From: a virus
Lineage: Duplodnaviria > Caudoviricetes
Virus record (IMG/VR): IMGVR_UViG_3300027708_000013
Strand: one strand, 5' to 3'
Length of the DNA stretch: 64,000 bases
The notes below the pieces were generated by a model, which saw only the letters and a list, made by a program, of their open reading frames with translations, searched no databases and had not been told where the DNA came from. Shown here one piece after another: positions 9,252 to 17,508 of the stretch. The position numbers and the translations under genes are program-made. Every line of letters starts with the position of its first letter. Within the stretch, counting starts at the first letter, position 1.

Positions 9252-9821
9252 TTAATTGCGTATATAACTATAATTGCCGCAACCGGAACTGCATTGTATC
9301 GACATACTGCCTTGATTGGCCTGTGTGGGACTAGTCTGTTGTACAGTGACCGTGGCACCCAAGGCACCATTTAAGTTTAAATCAAACGTTTTATTAGCAC
9401 CTACACCACCGCTTTGTGTAACATCTACTGTGTTGTTGTTGTTTGTTGTTCCGGTTGCATTGGTTATAGTTAAATTATGTGCACCGGCACCGGTTTGACT
9501 GATATTGAAGTTGTTAGCAGATCCTGAGAGATTTTGTATAGCGGCTGTGTGATTACCACTGCCATCTTGAAATAGTACAACTCCATTGTTAATGCCCGAA
9601 ACAATTTCAACGCCGACTGTTTTGGCGCCTGTGCCCTGTTGCGTGATTGAAATATTGGTATAGTCCACTGATGAAGTGTTGCCTAGATTAACTGTGGTAC
9701 TGTGGTTGTTGCCATCTTGAATTATTGTGGTAGTGTTATTATTACCAATTTGATCAATGTTGATAGTGTTGTCTGCGGCCCAGGCAACATTAAGCATCAA
9801 TAATAATAATAATTTTTTCAT
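9252..9821 (-). CDS. curlin-repeat protein (CsgA/CsgB-like), short
   Basis: Signal peptide MKKLLLLLMLNVAWA; repeated N-x-h-x-I-x-Q-x-G-x-x-N units (NTINIDQIGNNN, NISITQQGTG, NNFNISQTGAG, NTVDVTQSGG); N/Q/G/T/S-rich. Confidence 0.8.
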   Translation of the reverse strand: MKKLLLLLMLNVAWAADNTINIDQIGNNNTTTIIQDGNNHSTTVNLGNTSSVDYTNISITQQGTGAKTVGVEIVSGINNGVVLFQDGSGNHTAAIQNLSGSANNFNISQTGAGAHNLTITNATGTTNNNNTVDVTQSGGVGANKTFDLNLNGALGATVTVQQTSPTQANQGSMSIQCSSGCGNYSYIRN

Positions 9822-10942
9822 TTTTGTATCACTGTAATCACAGTACTGTTGCCTGAATTCACACGATTTTTAAAATCCAATACACCTTGTGTCATGTAGA
9901 TAGTAGTGTTTTGTGTAGCAGGTACAGTTACACTCATTACATTGCTACCATCGTCACGTGCTAAAGTTATCTTGGGCTCTTGTATATCAACAGTAATGCC
10001 ACTGATAGCATTGTAGTCGGGCAATAATTTATTACTAGTTGTGTTTAATAAATTTAATTGTGCTTTCATTTGAGCATCCACAATGTCAAGAATATTAGCA
10101 AGGAAATTTTGATCAAGAAAGTTACGGGCAAGTTTGTCCTGGAATACTTCTCGAGCCTGTGCGTCTAAAGCATTGGCTAGTCCTTGCTCTTTGAGAAAAT
10201 CCATATCCAATGCAGATTTCATTTCCATTCGAGTAGTAGTTCGATCTTCTTTATTAAGTTCCTTGGGAGGTGATACAATTAACATATTATTAATGGCATC
10301 TTCACTAAGTCGAAGGATAACTGGTTTTGGCGGAGGATTATTACGTGACTCTACCTTGATTGCTTGAAATGCTATATTAAGTGTAACAATGCCGGCATCA
10401 GTAGTAACATCGATGGCACCTGTTACACATTCGTCTATACTTTGATATCCAAGACGACAGCTGGGCAATAAAATAATTGTACTGGTCCCTAACTCGTCAA
10501 CTGTGGCAGTAAAATCAGTTCCGCGAACAGCAATGGTTGCTGTGGGCGTGTTAATAGATACTTTATTAGCCGGATTATGTGCTATAACGCCTGAAGCATA
10601 TCTCACTGTGCCTGCGGCCATGTTGAGTGCTAATTTTCCAGCACTGGGTTTTTTAGGATCGTAAACAAAATCATCAATGATCAAACGACTATTTTCATTT
10701 ACTTGTACTCGAGTGTCATCTGCAAATGTAATGCCAACTTTACCCTGGGCTGTCCGTACGGTGTCGTTCATCTCCATCCCAGTGCCCTTGTTCGCTGTCA
10801 GTGTCGTTGTTGAGCGTTGTATTGAACCCGGACTGTTTATTTGTTCTGTCACTGTTCCTATTGCCGCTATGCAATTCAGTGATGTACTCATCAAGAGTAC
10901 GCATAATACGTCCGTCCATATTAGTCTCCTGGTCTGAATCAT
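9818..10942 (-). CDS. FecR-domain secreted/periplasmic protein with curlin-like C-terminus
   Basis: Signal peptide; FecR pattern MNDTVRTAQGKVGITFADDTRVQVNENSRL...TPTATIAVRGTDF; ends NTTIYMTQG...NSTVITVIQK. Confidence 0.85.
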   Translation of the reverse strand: MIQTRRLIWTDVLCVLLMSTSLNCIAAIGTVTEQINSPGSIQRSTTTLTANKGTGMEMNDTVRTAQGKVGITFADDTRVQVNENSRLIIDDFVYDPKKPSAGKLALNMAAGTVRYASGVIAHNPANKVSINTPTATIAVRGTDFTATVDELGTSTIILLPSCRLGYQSIDECVTGAIDVTTDAGIVTLNIAFQAIKVESRNNPPPKPVILRLSEDAINNMLIVSPPKELNKEDRTTTRMEMKSALDMDFLKEQGLANALDAQAREVFQDKLARNFLDQNFLANILDIVDAQMKAQLNLLNTTSNKLLPDYNAISGITVDIQEPKITLARDDGSNVMSVTVPATQNTTIYMTQGVLDFKNRVNSGNSTVITVIQK

Positions 10943-10943
10943 G

Positions 10944-11858
10944 TTATCTAATAGCTGGCAATGTAACCGGTGCTGTTAATAAGGGCACACCAGAACCTTG
11001 ACTGATATTAACTGTGTTGCTGTTACCGCTAATTTTTACGTTGGCATCATTGGTGGAGCCACCGCCAGCACCTTGATTAATACCAACCCAGTTACTACTA
11101 CCAGTTAAGCCAATGTTGGCCGAGTTGTTGCTACCGTTTTGTACTACAGTAACAGCATTGTCGTTACCAACCAAGGCATCACCACTGGCATAACCTGCTA
11201 TAGATGTGGTATTACCGGCGCCGTTTTGTTTAATGTCAAACGAGTTAGCAATCCCATCAGCGTTGATACCAATTGTGTTGGTGCCGCCGGCTTGATCAGT
11301 GACAACTGTATTTTGTCCGCCAGTTGATAATGATACATTAACGGAGGTAGAGTTATCTCTGATCTTGGTTTGTACATTATCGCCTTGGCCCTCTGTAGTT
11401 ACACTAACAGTATTACCTGAACCTTGTACATCAGCTTTAAAGTTTGCACCGCCTCCGGTTTGAGTGACATCAATTTGAATATTAGATGCTGTGCCTTGAC
11501 CACTGGCATTGACGTCAATTAATGCTGTGTTGTTATTGCCGCCTGACACACTGTAGTTAATGTTGGCCGATACACCGTTAGTAGTTGTTGCAGTAACCCC
11601 AAGTGATAATGTGTTGCCTGCTCCGACTTGGTTTACATTAATTTGTGAATTACTTCCGTTGAGAGTTGCGGCATCTTGCCCTTTGACCCCTGGTGCTCCA
11701 TTGACAATACCTTTGACAGTGTTGCCTGTTCCATCTTGTGTTATATTGATTACGGCATTGTCGCCTGCTTGATCAATATAGATGCTGTTGTCCACAGCAA
11801 TCACATGTGCCGATATCATCATGGCCATTATTGTTGTTATTATTCTAGCTTTTTTCAT
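10944..11858 (-). CDS. curlin-repeat protein (CsgA-like), long, 304 aa
   Basis: SD AAGGAG before MKKARII signal peptide; at least 8 curlin-type units (NSIYIDQAGDN, VINITQDGTGN, QINVNQVGAGN, NSFDIKQNGAGN, NAVTVVQNGSNN). Confidence 0.8.
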   Translation of the reverse strand: MKKARIITTIMAMMISAHVIAVDNSIYIDQAGDNAVINITQDGTGNTVKGIVNGAPGVKGQDAATLNGSNSQINVNQVGAGNTLSLGVTATTTNGVSANINYSVSGGNNNTALIDVNASGQGTASNIQIDVTQTGGGANFKADVQGSGNTVSVTTEGQGDNVQTKIRDNSTSVNVSLSTGGQNTVVTDQAGGTNTIGINADGIANSFDIKQNGAGNTTSIAGYASGDALVGNDNAVTVVQNGSNNSANIGLTGSSNWVGINQGAGGGSTNDANVKISGNSNTVNISQGSGVPLLTAPVTLPAIR

Positions 11859-11887
11859 TTTTAATTCTCCTTGGCTCTTATTGGCCA

Positions 11888-12688
11888 TTATTCTGAACCC
11901 TTGGGTTCTTGAAAATCCCACACCGCCTTTCGTTGACCTTCTTTAATTAATTCCACCACGGCCGCTTCAATTGTTGCTTTGACGGCCAACGTACCGGGTT
12001 CATTGATTGTTAGTCCGGTTTCAAATTCAAATGCCTGTGTACCATTATCTAAAAATTTCAGCACTGCTACACTGTCGGCAGTGCTGTACACTAATTTTGT
12101 CACAGTGACTGCTGCCAATATCTTGCCGGTGTTGACTGATACAGCACGTAGGCTCACTGTGACAATATCTTTACTGTACTGGGTTTGTGTACCAATACCT
12201 AAAAATCTATGTGCCGCTCCTCCAGATTCCATGCCGGTGTCGTAACCAATGATACCACCTTCCATGATGATGCCGGCAAACTGCAAGGGCATGAGTGGTT
12301 TGGCATCTTTGCCTTCGTAGGCTTCACGCATTTGTTTCACTATCATGCGTTCTTTGGTAAGTGCGTCAATGTTTACTCGTTCCACTACTTCAAACCAAGC
12401 ACCATGTCCTACATCTTGTAGTGCTTTGATTAAGAATACTTCACCGCCCTGTGTCACCGCTGTTGACAAACTGGCAATGCCGGGAGTGGGTCTACGTTGA
12501 CCTGTTTTGTCGGCAAACTGATACACAGCCACACTTAATCGTTTACCACCACTTGGAGGAGGTACTGCGTCAAATTCTTTTTGCATGACATTGGCAGCTA
12601 CTCGAGGCTCAAATCGAAATCCTGCCTTTTGAGTCACAGCACATCCACTGAGCAAAGCCACTATTAATAAAGATAAGATCAGTTTCAT
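11888..12688 (-). CDS. csgG: curli secretion channel CsgG (outer-membrane lipoprotein)
   Basis: Lipobox LLSGC; VAVYQFADKTGQRRP, STAVTQG, WFEVVER..L..L..ER.I, GGIIGYD, QYSKD.VTVSLRAVSV.TG.IL, NEPG. Confidence 0.92.
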   Translation of the reverse strand: MKLILSLLIVALLSGCAVTQKAGFRFEPRVAANVMQKEFDAVPPPSGGKRLSVAVYQFADKTGQRRPTPGIASLSTAVTQGGEVFLIKALQDVGHGAWFEVVERVNIDALTKERMIVKQMREAYEGKDAKPLMPLQFAGIIMEGGIIGYDTGMESGGAAHRFLGIGTQTQYSKDIVTVSLRAVSVNTGKILAAVTVTKLVYSTADSVAVLKFLDNGTQAFEFETGLTINEPGTLAVKATIEAAVVELIKEGQRKAVWDFQEPKGSE

Positions 12689-12689
12689 A

Positions 12690-13154
12690 TCAATTTCCAA
12701 ATTGGAACGAACCCAAGGGTACAGTTACCTGTGTTTGATTGCCCACGGAGTCTGTCACAGTCATGTAAATATTACCACTGTCCCGACTCCAAAATATAGT
12801 ATTACCTTCAAAATTCATTGTGCCCGACGTACTACCACCTGACGCAAACATGGCAGTGGCTAAATTTTGACTGATCTGTGCATAGATACGACTTTCCAAG
12901 TTGTTCATAAACTTGCTGATATTGGTATTGGCTGCTTCTGCTCGGGCTTTATCCAATGCGGACTGTATGTCTTTGGCCACTTGCTGTCTACGAGTGTATT
13001 CTTGATTTTCAATCGTGAGAATATGACTGCTATAGCCGGACCCGTTAAAACTGGGACTTTTAAATGAATAGTCTGCTATAGGAGTGGCAAAGGCAAAAGG
13101 TGCCCATACTATGGCACCAAATGCTAGATAAAACTTATTATAATTTTTATACAT
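12690..13154 (-). CDS. csgF: curli assembly protein CsgF
   Basis: Signal peptide then YSFKSPSFNGSGY (CsgF pattern Y.F.NPSFGG), FMNNLESRIYAQIS, GTMNFEG, TQVTVP; directly upstream of csgG. Confidence 0.85.
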   Translation of the reverse strand: MYKNYNKFYLAFGAIVWAPFAFATPIADYSFKSPSFNGSGYSSHILTIENQEYTRRQQVAKDIQSALDKARAEAANTNISKFMNNLESRIYAQISQNLATAMFASGGSTSGTMNFEGNTIFWSRDSGNIYMTVTDSVGNQTQVTVPLGSFQFGN

Positions 13155-13170
13155 ACTCTAGCTCCTAGTG

Positions 13171-13177
13171 TATTTAC
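13171..13177 (-). promoter_or_regulatory. late-type promoter GTAAATA heading the curli module
   Basis: TAAATA core followed by SD TAGGAG and the csgF ATG. Confidence 0.55.
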
Positions 13178-13212
13178 TAAGATTTTGAGTATGTTAATAA
13201 CGCATTAGAACG

Positions 13213-13749
13213 TTAAGTACGTTTAATGCCTAGTTGATGGTAGACATGTTGTACTGCCTGTGCTTGACTTATGCAATCTTCCAAGGCGTTGTGAAGTCCT
13301 GCTTTGTTCCGTTCACGTGGGTCACCGTGTACACCAAACAATGTTCTGCTGTCGCGAATCTGCCAATAGTTCCAAGGTATGGGGCAATCCATTTGACGAT
13401 AGAGGTTTTCCAAAATAGCAATGTCAAACACAGGACCTTGACACCAGATGTTGTCAACTCCCACCAGAAATCGGTTCAACTGTTGATACATTTCTCTCAA
13501 GGAAACTCTGTTGTGTTCGCCAAATGCTTCTTCGTATACATCTGCACTTTGCCTACTCCACCATTCCAGTGTGTCATCCTGTACTGTTCTGCCCAGGGCA
13601 GTTTGCTCATCCACATTGATTCTAAAGTAGAGACCGTTGTCACCACGGATAGTGTCACTGAATGGGTCAAACTTCACAGCACCAAGAGTCAATACCACAC
13701 AATCTGGACGTGTGCCTAGGGTTTCTAAATCAAGCATGCAAGCAGTCAT
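13213..13749 (-). CDS. DEDDh 3'-5' exoribonuclease (Rv2179c/RNase AS-like)
   Basis: MLDLETLG, QGPVFDIAIL, RDSRT, HNALEDC. Confidence 0.85.
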   Translation of the reverse strand: MTACMLDLETLGTRPDCVVLTLGAVKFDPFSDTIRGDNGLYFRINVDEQTALGRTVQDDTLEWWSRQSADVYEEAFGEHNRVSLREMYQQLNRFLVGVDNIWCQGPVFDIAILENLYRQMDCPIPWNYWQIRDSRTLFGVHGDPRERNKAGLHNALEDCISQAQAVQHVYHQLGIKRT

Positions 13750-13755
13750 AGTGTT

Positions 13756-13784
13756 ATTATACTGGGTTATTTGGCGGTTGTCAA
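13756..13784 (-). promoter_or_regulatory. sigma70-type promoter TTGACA-N17-TATAAT
   Basis: Perfect consensus read on the minus strand. Confidence 0.8.
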
Positions 13785-14246
13785 GAGTTTTGATGATTCG
13801 GCTGCCACCACTCGTTTGCGTAGACTACTGCTACTAAACGAATGATCTCTTCCGTTGAATATGCATCGAATGTTTCTTTGAGCACAGGCTTGATCACCAC
13901 TGAAGGGTTTGCCTTCGTATTCCACACCCAACACACGTACATCAATTGGCAGAATCAACAATAGATCAATGAGATCTTGTTCGGTCTGATACACCACCAC
14001 TTCATCCACATATCTACAAGCGGCCAATTGTATCTGTCGTTCCACTACACTTTGTATGGGCGAATTTTTAGTGTCGGGTCTATCTATAGTGGGATCTGTT
14101 TGTAATCCACAAATTAAATAGTCGCAGTGATTTCTGGCTTCGGCCAACATGGCTATGTGGCCAGCATGCAACATGTCAAAGGCACTGAATGTGATGCCAA
14201 TGATTTTACCCTGTTCTTTCAGTGTTCTAACTTTATTGAATATCAT
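13767..14246 (-). CDS. tagD: glycerol-3-phosphate cytidylyltransferase-like nucleotidyltransferase
   Basis: FSAFDMLHAGH (HxGH), CRYVDEV, C-terminal SSSSLR. Confidence 0.8.
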   Translation of the reverse strand: MIFNKVRTLKEQGKIIGITFSAFDMLHAGHIAMLAEARNHCDYLICGLQTDPTIDRPDTKNSPIQSVVERQIQLAACRYVDEVVVYQTEQDLIDLLLILPIDVRVLGVEYEGKPFSGDQACAQRNIRCIFNGRDHSFSSSSLRKRVVAAESSKLLTTAK

Positions 14247-14249
14247 TTA

Positions 14250-15671
14250 TTATTTTCCTTGAATATTATTTTGATCTTTGAGAAATGCGTATAACAATAT
14301 CTGACCACTGGGTTTTATTCCTGTAAGAACAGCTGGCAAATTAAAATATTTTACACTCTCAACACAATGTTCCGGGGATACATTTTTAGCAATTGACTCA
14401 TTGAGTACAGCAAGATCGGTATTCAATGTCGAATCAAACAATGCCAAATAGATTTTGTTATTAGTAAAATCTGGAACCAATTGAAAATTAGTTGGATGGT
14501 AACAAGTACGTAGGTAATTTTCTAACTCTTGTATATAAACAGTCTTATTGTCTATAGTAAATGAATATGTACGACCTTGATAGAACAACTTATCATCATC
14601 CTCTACAAACCCATCAGCAAGTGTGTGCCATTCGTACCCAGTTCTCCGAGCATGAACAAGATTTTTTTCTAGTATAAATTCCAGACCAGGTGCACGTTCA
14701 GTAAACAAGTTATTTACATAATTCCTATAATTACTTTTTGTCACTCTCGAAATAAACATGGTACCTATTTCGCTACAACCAAATTGATTTATAATTTCTT
14801 TGGGATTAATATTTTCAAAAATCCAACTGCAAATATTTGCATCATATCCACGCAAAGTACGAATTGATAACTGGCCTCCCATATCTATAGGAGTTGTTTG
14901 ATCAAAATAATTAACCCATTCGTAGGGAATAATAATAGTAGTTAGTTTGTACTTTTGAATATAAGGCAGTACTAAATTTAGATAATTTTTTGCATTATAA
15001 TTTTCTCCAGTAGTAGCAGATGTCATGGTCCTGATAAAATAGTGTTCTGTTGCAACACTTAATAGGGGTAACGCATAGTCGATAAAAAGTGCCCCATGAT
15101 GGAAAGTTTTAAAATGAAAAGGACGATCTTTATCATTGTACCCGTGAAATGACGCTATTTCTCTTGTGCGATCAATTAAGTGCCGATGTGTAAAATCAAC
15201 TATTTTTGGCCTACCTGTTGTGCCGCTTGTGTGCGTTTTTATAGCCACAGTTGACGTAGATATCTCTATGCAGTCGCTATCTTCGTATTGATTAGCATTA
15301 TTGTAATTGCGTAAATTAATTGATGGCGTATCAAATGAGTTGACTGATCTCGAGGTTGCGGGGTGTGGTATTGATAAATCGATAAAATTATAAAAATCTT
15401 TGAATTCTGGTATTTGAGTAAAACCAACATTGAGATCGTGTACAAATAAATTACCGCCTAACTCCCATACAGCCAGTATTATAGGCACTACCCAATCAAA
15501 ATCATTGATGCCTACATAAATTGTTTTACTGTATGTATTGTCATTTAGTTCTTGACGTATTTGTTTTTTAAGAAAACATTTACGGTTTTGTATCTCTGAG
15601 GGGTTGATTTTTTGGCCAAAAAAATCAACCAATGAACAATCGTCCCTAATTAACTCTGATGCATTATTCAT
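14250..15671 (-). CDS. divergent ANL-superfamily adenylate-forming (AMP-binding) enzyme
   Basis: A3 loop HTSGTTGRPK, A5-like FGCSEIG, A8-like QGR; visibly AT-rich. Confidence 0.6.
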   Translation of the reverse strand: MNNASELIRDDCSLVDFFGQKINPSEIQNRKCFLKKQIRQELNDNTYSKTIYVGINDFDWVVPIILAVWELGGNLFVHDLNVGFTQIPEFKDFYNFIDLSIPHPATSRSVNSFDTPSINLRNYNNANQYEDSDCIEISTSTVAIKTHTSGTTGRPKIVDFTHRHLIDRTREIASFHGYNDKDRPFHFKTFHHGALFIDYALPLLSVATEHYFIRTMTSATTGENYNAKNYLNLVLPYIQKYKLTTIIIPYEWVNYFDQTTPIDMGGQLSIRTLRGYDANICSWIFENINPKEIINQFGCSEIGTMFISRVTKSNYRNYVNNLFTERAPGLEFILEKNLVHARRTGYEWHTLADGFVEDDDKLFYQGRTYSFTIDNKTVYIQELENYLRTCYHPTNFQLVPDFTNNKIYLALFDSTLNTDLAVLNESIAKNVSPEHCVESVKYFNLPAVLTGIKPSGQILLYAFLKDQNNIQGK

Positions 15672-16597
15672 TGGTTGACCTGAATACCTTGTTGTTCGAT
15701 AAATTTCCGGTTATCATTGATTGTTTTTATAATAAAACGATTAAATTCGTTTGCATTTCTGGTCCAAATTTTACCATGTACTATTTCGACTATTTCTTTT
15801 ACTTCCGGAGTTTGTAAAGCCTGCATAATATCAATTTGTATTTGTTTGGCTTTATCTTTTGCTATTGATTTATTAATAAAAAATGCAATTTGTCCGTTAC
15901 TTATATTAAATTTATCACCAAAAAATTCTTGTGCAGTGGGCACATCAGGAAACGCAGGATCCTGTTTTTCAGCTGTTGTTGCTAACCAATTTAATTTACC
16001 ACTGTTACGATATTGTTTAGTAGATCCAATGCTTCCGCATGAAAATGCCAGTTCGCCGCCGGCTACATCGGCGAACCATTGGCTGTATTCTTTATACGGC
16101 ACGTGAGTAACTGATAGGCCTAACATTTTTGCCACTTCGATGCCGCAAAAATGTCCGGCAGAGCCAACCCCCCATGACCCGTAAAAAGGCCTGTCTTTAA
16201 TGATTGTACGTAAATCGTCTAGCGTTCGAATTTTGTTGTTGGTAAATATCACCCAATCATTACTATAAAATGGTGCCAATACTTGTAACTTTGCAAATTG
16301 TTCTTCTTTGTTATACAGTATAGGCATGGTACTCCAGGCACCATGATCAAGCATTAATATAGTGTGATTACTTGCAGGTTCGTTAACGTAATAGTTCAGT
16401 GCTACCACCCCTGCAGCACCGGGTCGATTTTCAATTAATACTGGGGTATTCCATTTAATAGTGAGTACTTCTGCTAACTTTCGTGCCACTGTGTCTGGTG
16501 CAGAACCCGTTGGTAGATTTAAAACTATTCTAACAGGTTCTGCGTGTGCAGACGCAACCAATAGTAAAGTTATTAAAAATTTTAATATACTTTTCAT
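15668..16597 (-). CDS. Bug/TctC tripartite tricarboxylate transporter substrate-binding protein
   Basis: Signal peptide; PTGSAPDTVAR, ENRPGAAG, GSWGVGSAGH, HVPYK, LATT...P.FPDVPT. Confidence 0.85.
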   Translation of the reverse strand: MKSILKFLITLLLVASAHAEPVRIVLNLPTGSAPDTVARKLAEVLTIKWNTPVLIENRPGAAGVVALNYYVNEPASNHTILMLDHGAWSTMPILYNKEEQFAKLQVLAPFYSNDWVIFTNNKIRTLDDLRTIIKDRPFYGSWGVGSAGHFCGIEVAKMLGLSVTHVPYKEYSQWFADVAGGELAFSCGSIGSTKQYRNSGKLNWLATTAEKQDPAFPDVPTAQEFFGDKFNISNGQIAFFINKSIAKDKAKQIQIDIMQALQTPEVKEIVEIVHGKIWTRNANEFNRFIIKTINDNRKFIEQQGIQVNQ

Positions 16598-16603
16598 TGA
16601 ATA

Positions 16604-16918
16604 TTATTCTGATTGAATTTTAACTTGTAGCGGAAAGCCCGAACTTCTGGCCAACAGTGTCACTTCAATGCCTTTTTGTTCCGCTAGTTCATAAGGCAAG
16701 GTTGCCACCACTGCGGAGCCTTCTTCATGCACACGTAGAGTCAATGTTTCTGCACTTTCTCTGGCATAGTTAAACACTGATGTCAGTGTTTCTATAACAA
16801 ATTCTTGTGTGGTAACATCGTCGTTTACGTAAATTACATTGTAGTCGTTGGGTGTTTCTACTTGTTCCCGCGGAGCAATTCTAGGTCTTACAGAGGTTTT
16901 GGTTTTAATGTCTGGCAT
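16604..16918 (-). CDS. clpS: ATP-dependent Clp protease adaptor ClpS
   Basis: YNVIYVNDDVTTQEFV, VHEEGSAVV, AEQK, GFPLQVKI; start moved to ATG 16918, just after a GTAAATA box (16929-16935). Confidence 0.9.
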   Translation of the reverse strand: MPDIKTKTSVRPRIAPREQVETPNDYNVIYVNDDVTTQEFVIETLTSVFNYARESAETLTLRVHEEGSAVVATLPYELAEQKGIEVTLLARSSGFPLQVKIQSE

Positions 16919-16934
16919 AATTGTACTATATTTA

Positions 16935-16958
16935 CAAGGGCGGGTGATTCCGCCCTTG
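16935..16958 (-). terminator. GC-rich hairpin after hsp20 (no U-tract; terminator or processing/stability element)
   Basis: 9-bp stem caagggcgg/ccgcccttg with a 6-nt loop. Confidence 0.5.
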
Positions 16959-16964
16959 AACTGC

Positions 16965-17420
16965 TTACTTGGTAAAAGTAATGTTGATTTTCTTAGGTTG
17001 CTTTTCTTCTGGAACAATATGTTCCAATGCAACAGCCAAGATACCGTGTTGCACAGTGGCACCACGTACTTCTACATCATCGGCCAAGGTAAATGTACGA
17101 ACAAAGTTTCTAGTTGAAATACCTTTGTGCTGATACTCAATCTCTACTTCGGGCTTGGTTTGCTCGCCCTTGACTGTTAGTACACCATCCTTTAATTCTA
17201 CATCTAATTCGCTTTCTTTGAATCCAGCCACAGCAATTTCCACCACATAGTGTGTATCGTCCAATCGGGCGATGTTGTATGGAGGATAATTACCATCTTG
17301 TTTGCTGTTGGCAAAAGTGCGATTCAAGTCATCAAACATACGATCAACCCCAATGGCGTGACGATGTAGTTGTGCGTGAAATGCAGGTAAATCTAGGGTG
17401 TGAAGTGTGAAATTTGTCAT
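16965..17420 (-). CDS. hsp20: small heat-shock protein Hsp20 (IbpA-like)
   Basis: YPPYNI, EIAVAGF, HKGISTRNFVRTFTL, GILAV.L...VPEE..P..I.I; SD AAGGAG. Confidence 0.93.
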   Translation of the reverse strand: MTNFTLHTLDLPAFHAQLHRHAIGVDRMFDDLNRTFANSKQDGNYPPYNIARLDDTHYVVEIAVAGFKESELDVELKDGVLTVKGEQTKPEVEIEYQHKGISTRNFVRTFTLADDVEVRGATVQHGILAVALEHIVPEEKQPKKINITFTK

Positions 17421-17427
17421 TTTATAT

Positions 17428-17442
17428 CTCCTTTTAAGCAAG
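17428..17442 (-). promoter_or_regulatory. ROSE-like RNA thermometer hairpin over the hsp20 SD
   Basis: RNA CUUGCUUAAAAGGAG: UUGCU can pair with AGGAG leaving a bulged G. Confidence 0.5.
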
Positions 17443-17486
17443 TTTATGACTGTTAATGTGTAGCCCCACTATGGGCACTACAAGTA

Positions 17487-17494
17487 TATTTATA
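17487..17494 (-). promoter_or_regulatory. T4-type late promoter TATAAATA (hsp20)
   Basis: Exact consensus. Confidence 0.65.
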
Positions 17495-17508
17495 CAGGAA
17501 ATTTACAA

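Noticed and set aside
10740-10930. Strong AGGAG followed by an out-of-frame ATG (10918) inside the fecR 5' end, giving a 59-aa ORF or implying a frameshift
   Set aside because: The FecR frame is open from ATG 10942 with a good signal peptide and is coupled to the upstream stop; the alternative peptide resembles nothing I recognise.
11888-12688. CsgG-family protein interpreted as Caulobacter holdfast anchor HfaB or a generic TolB-N lipoprotein
   Set aside because: The adjacent CsgF-like gene and two curlin-repeat genes favour a curli-type system.
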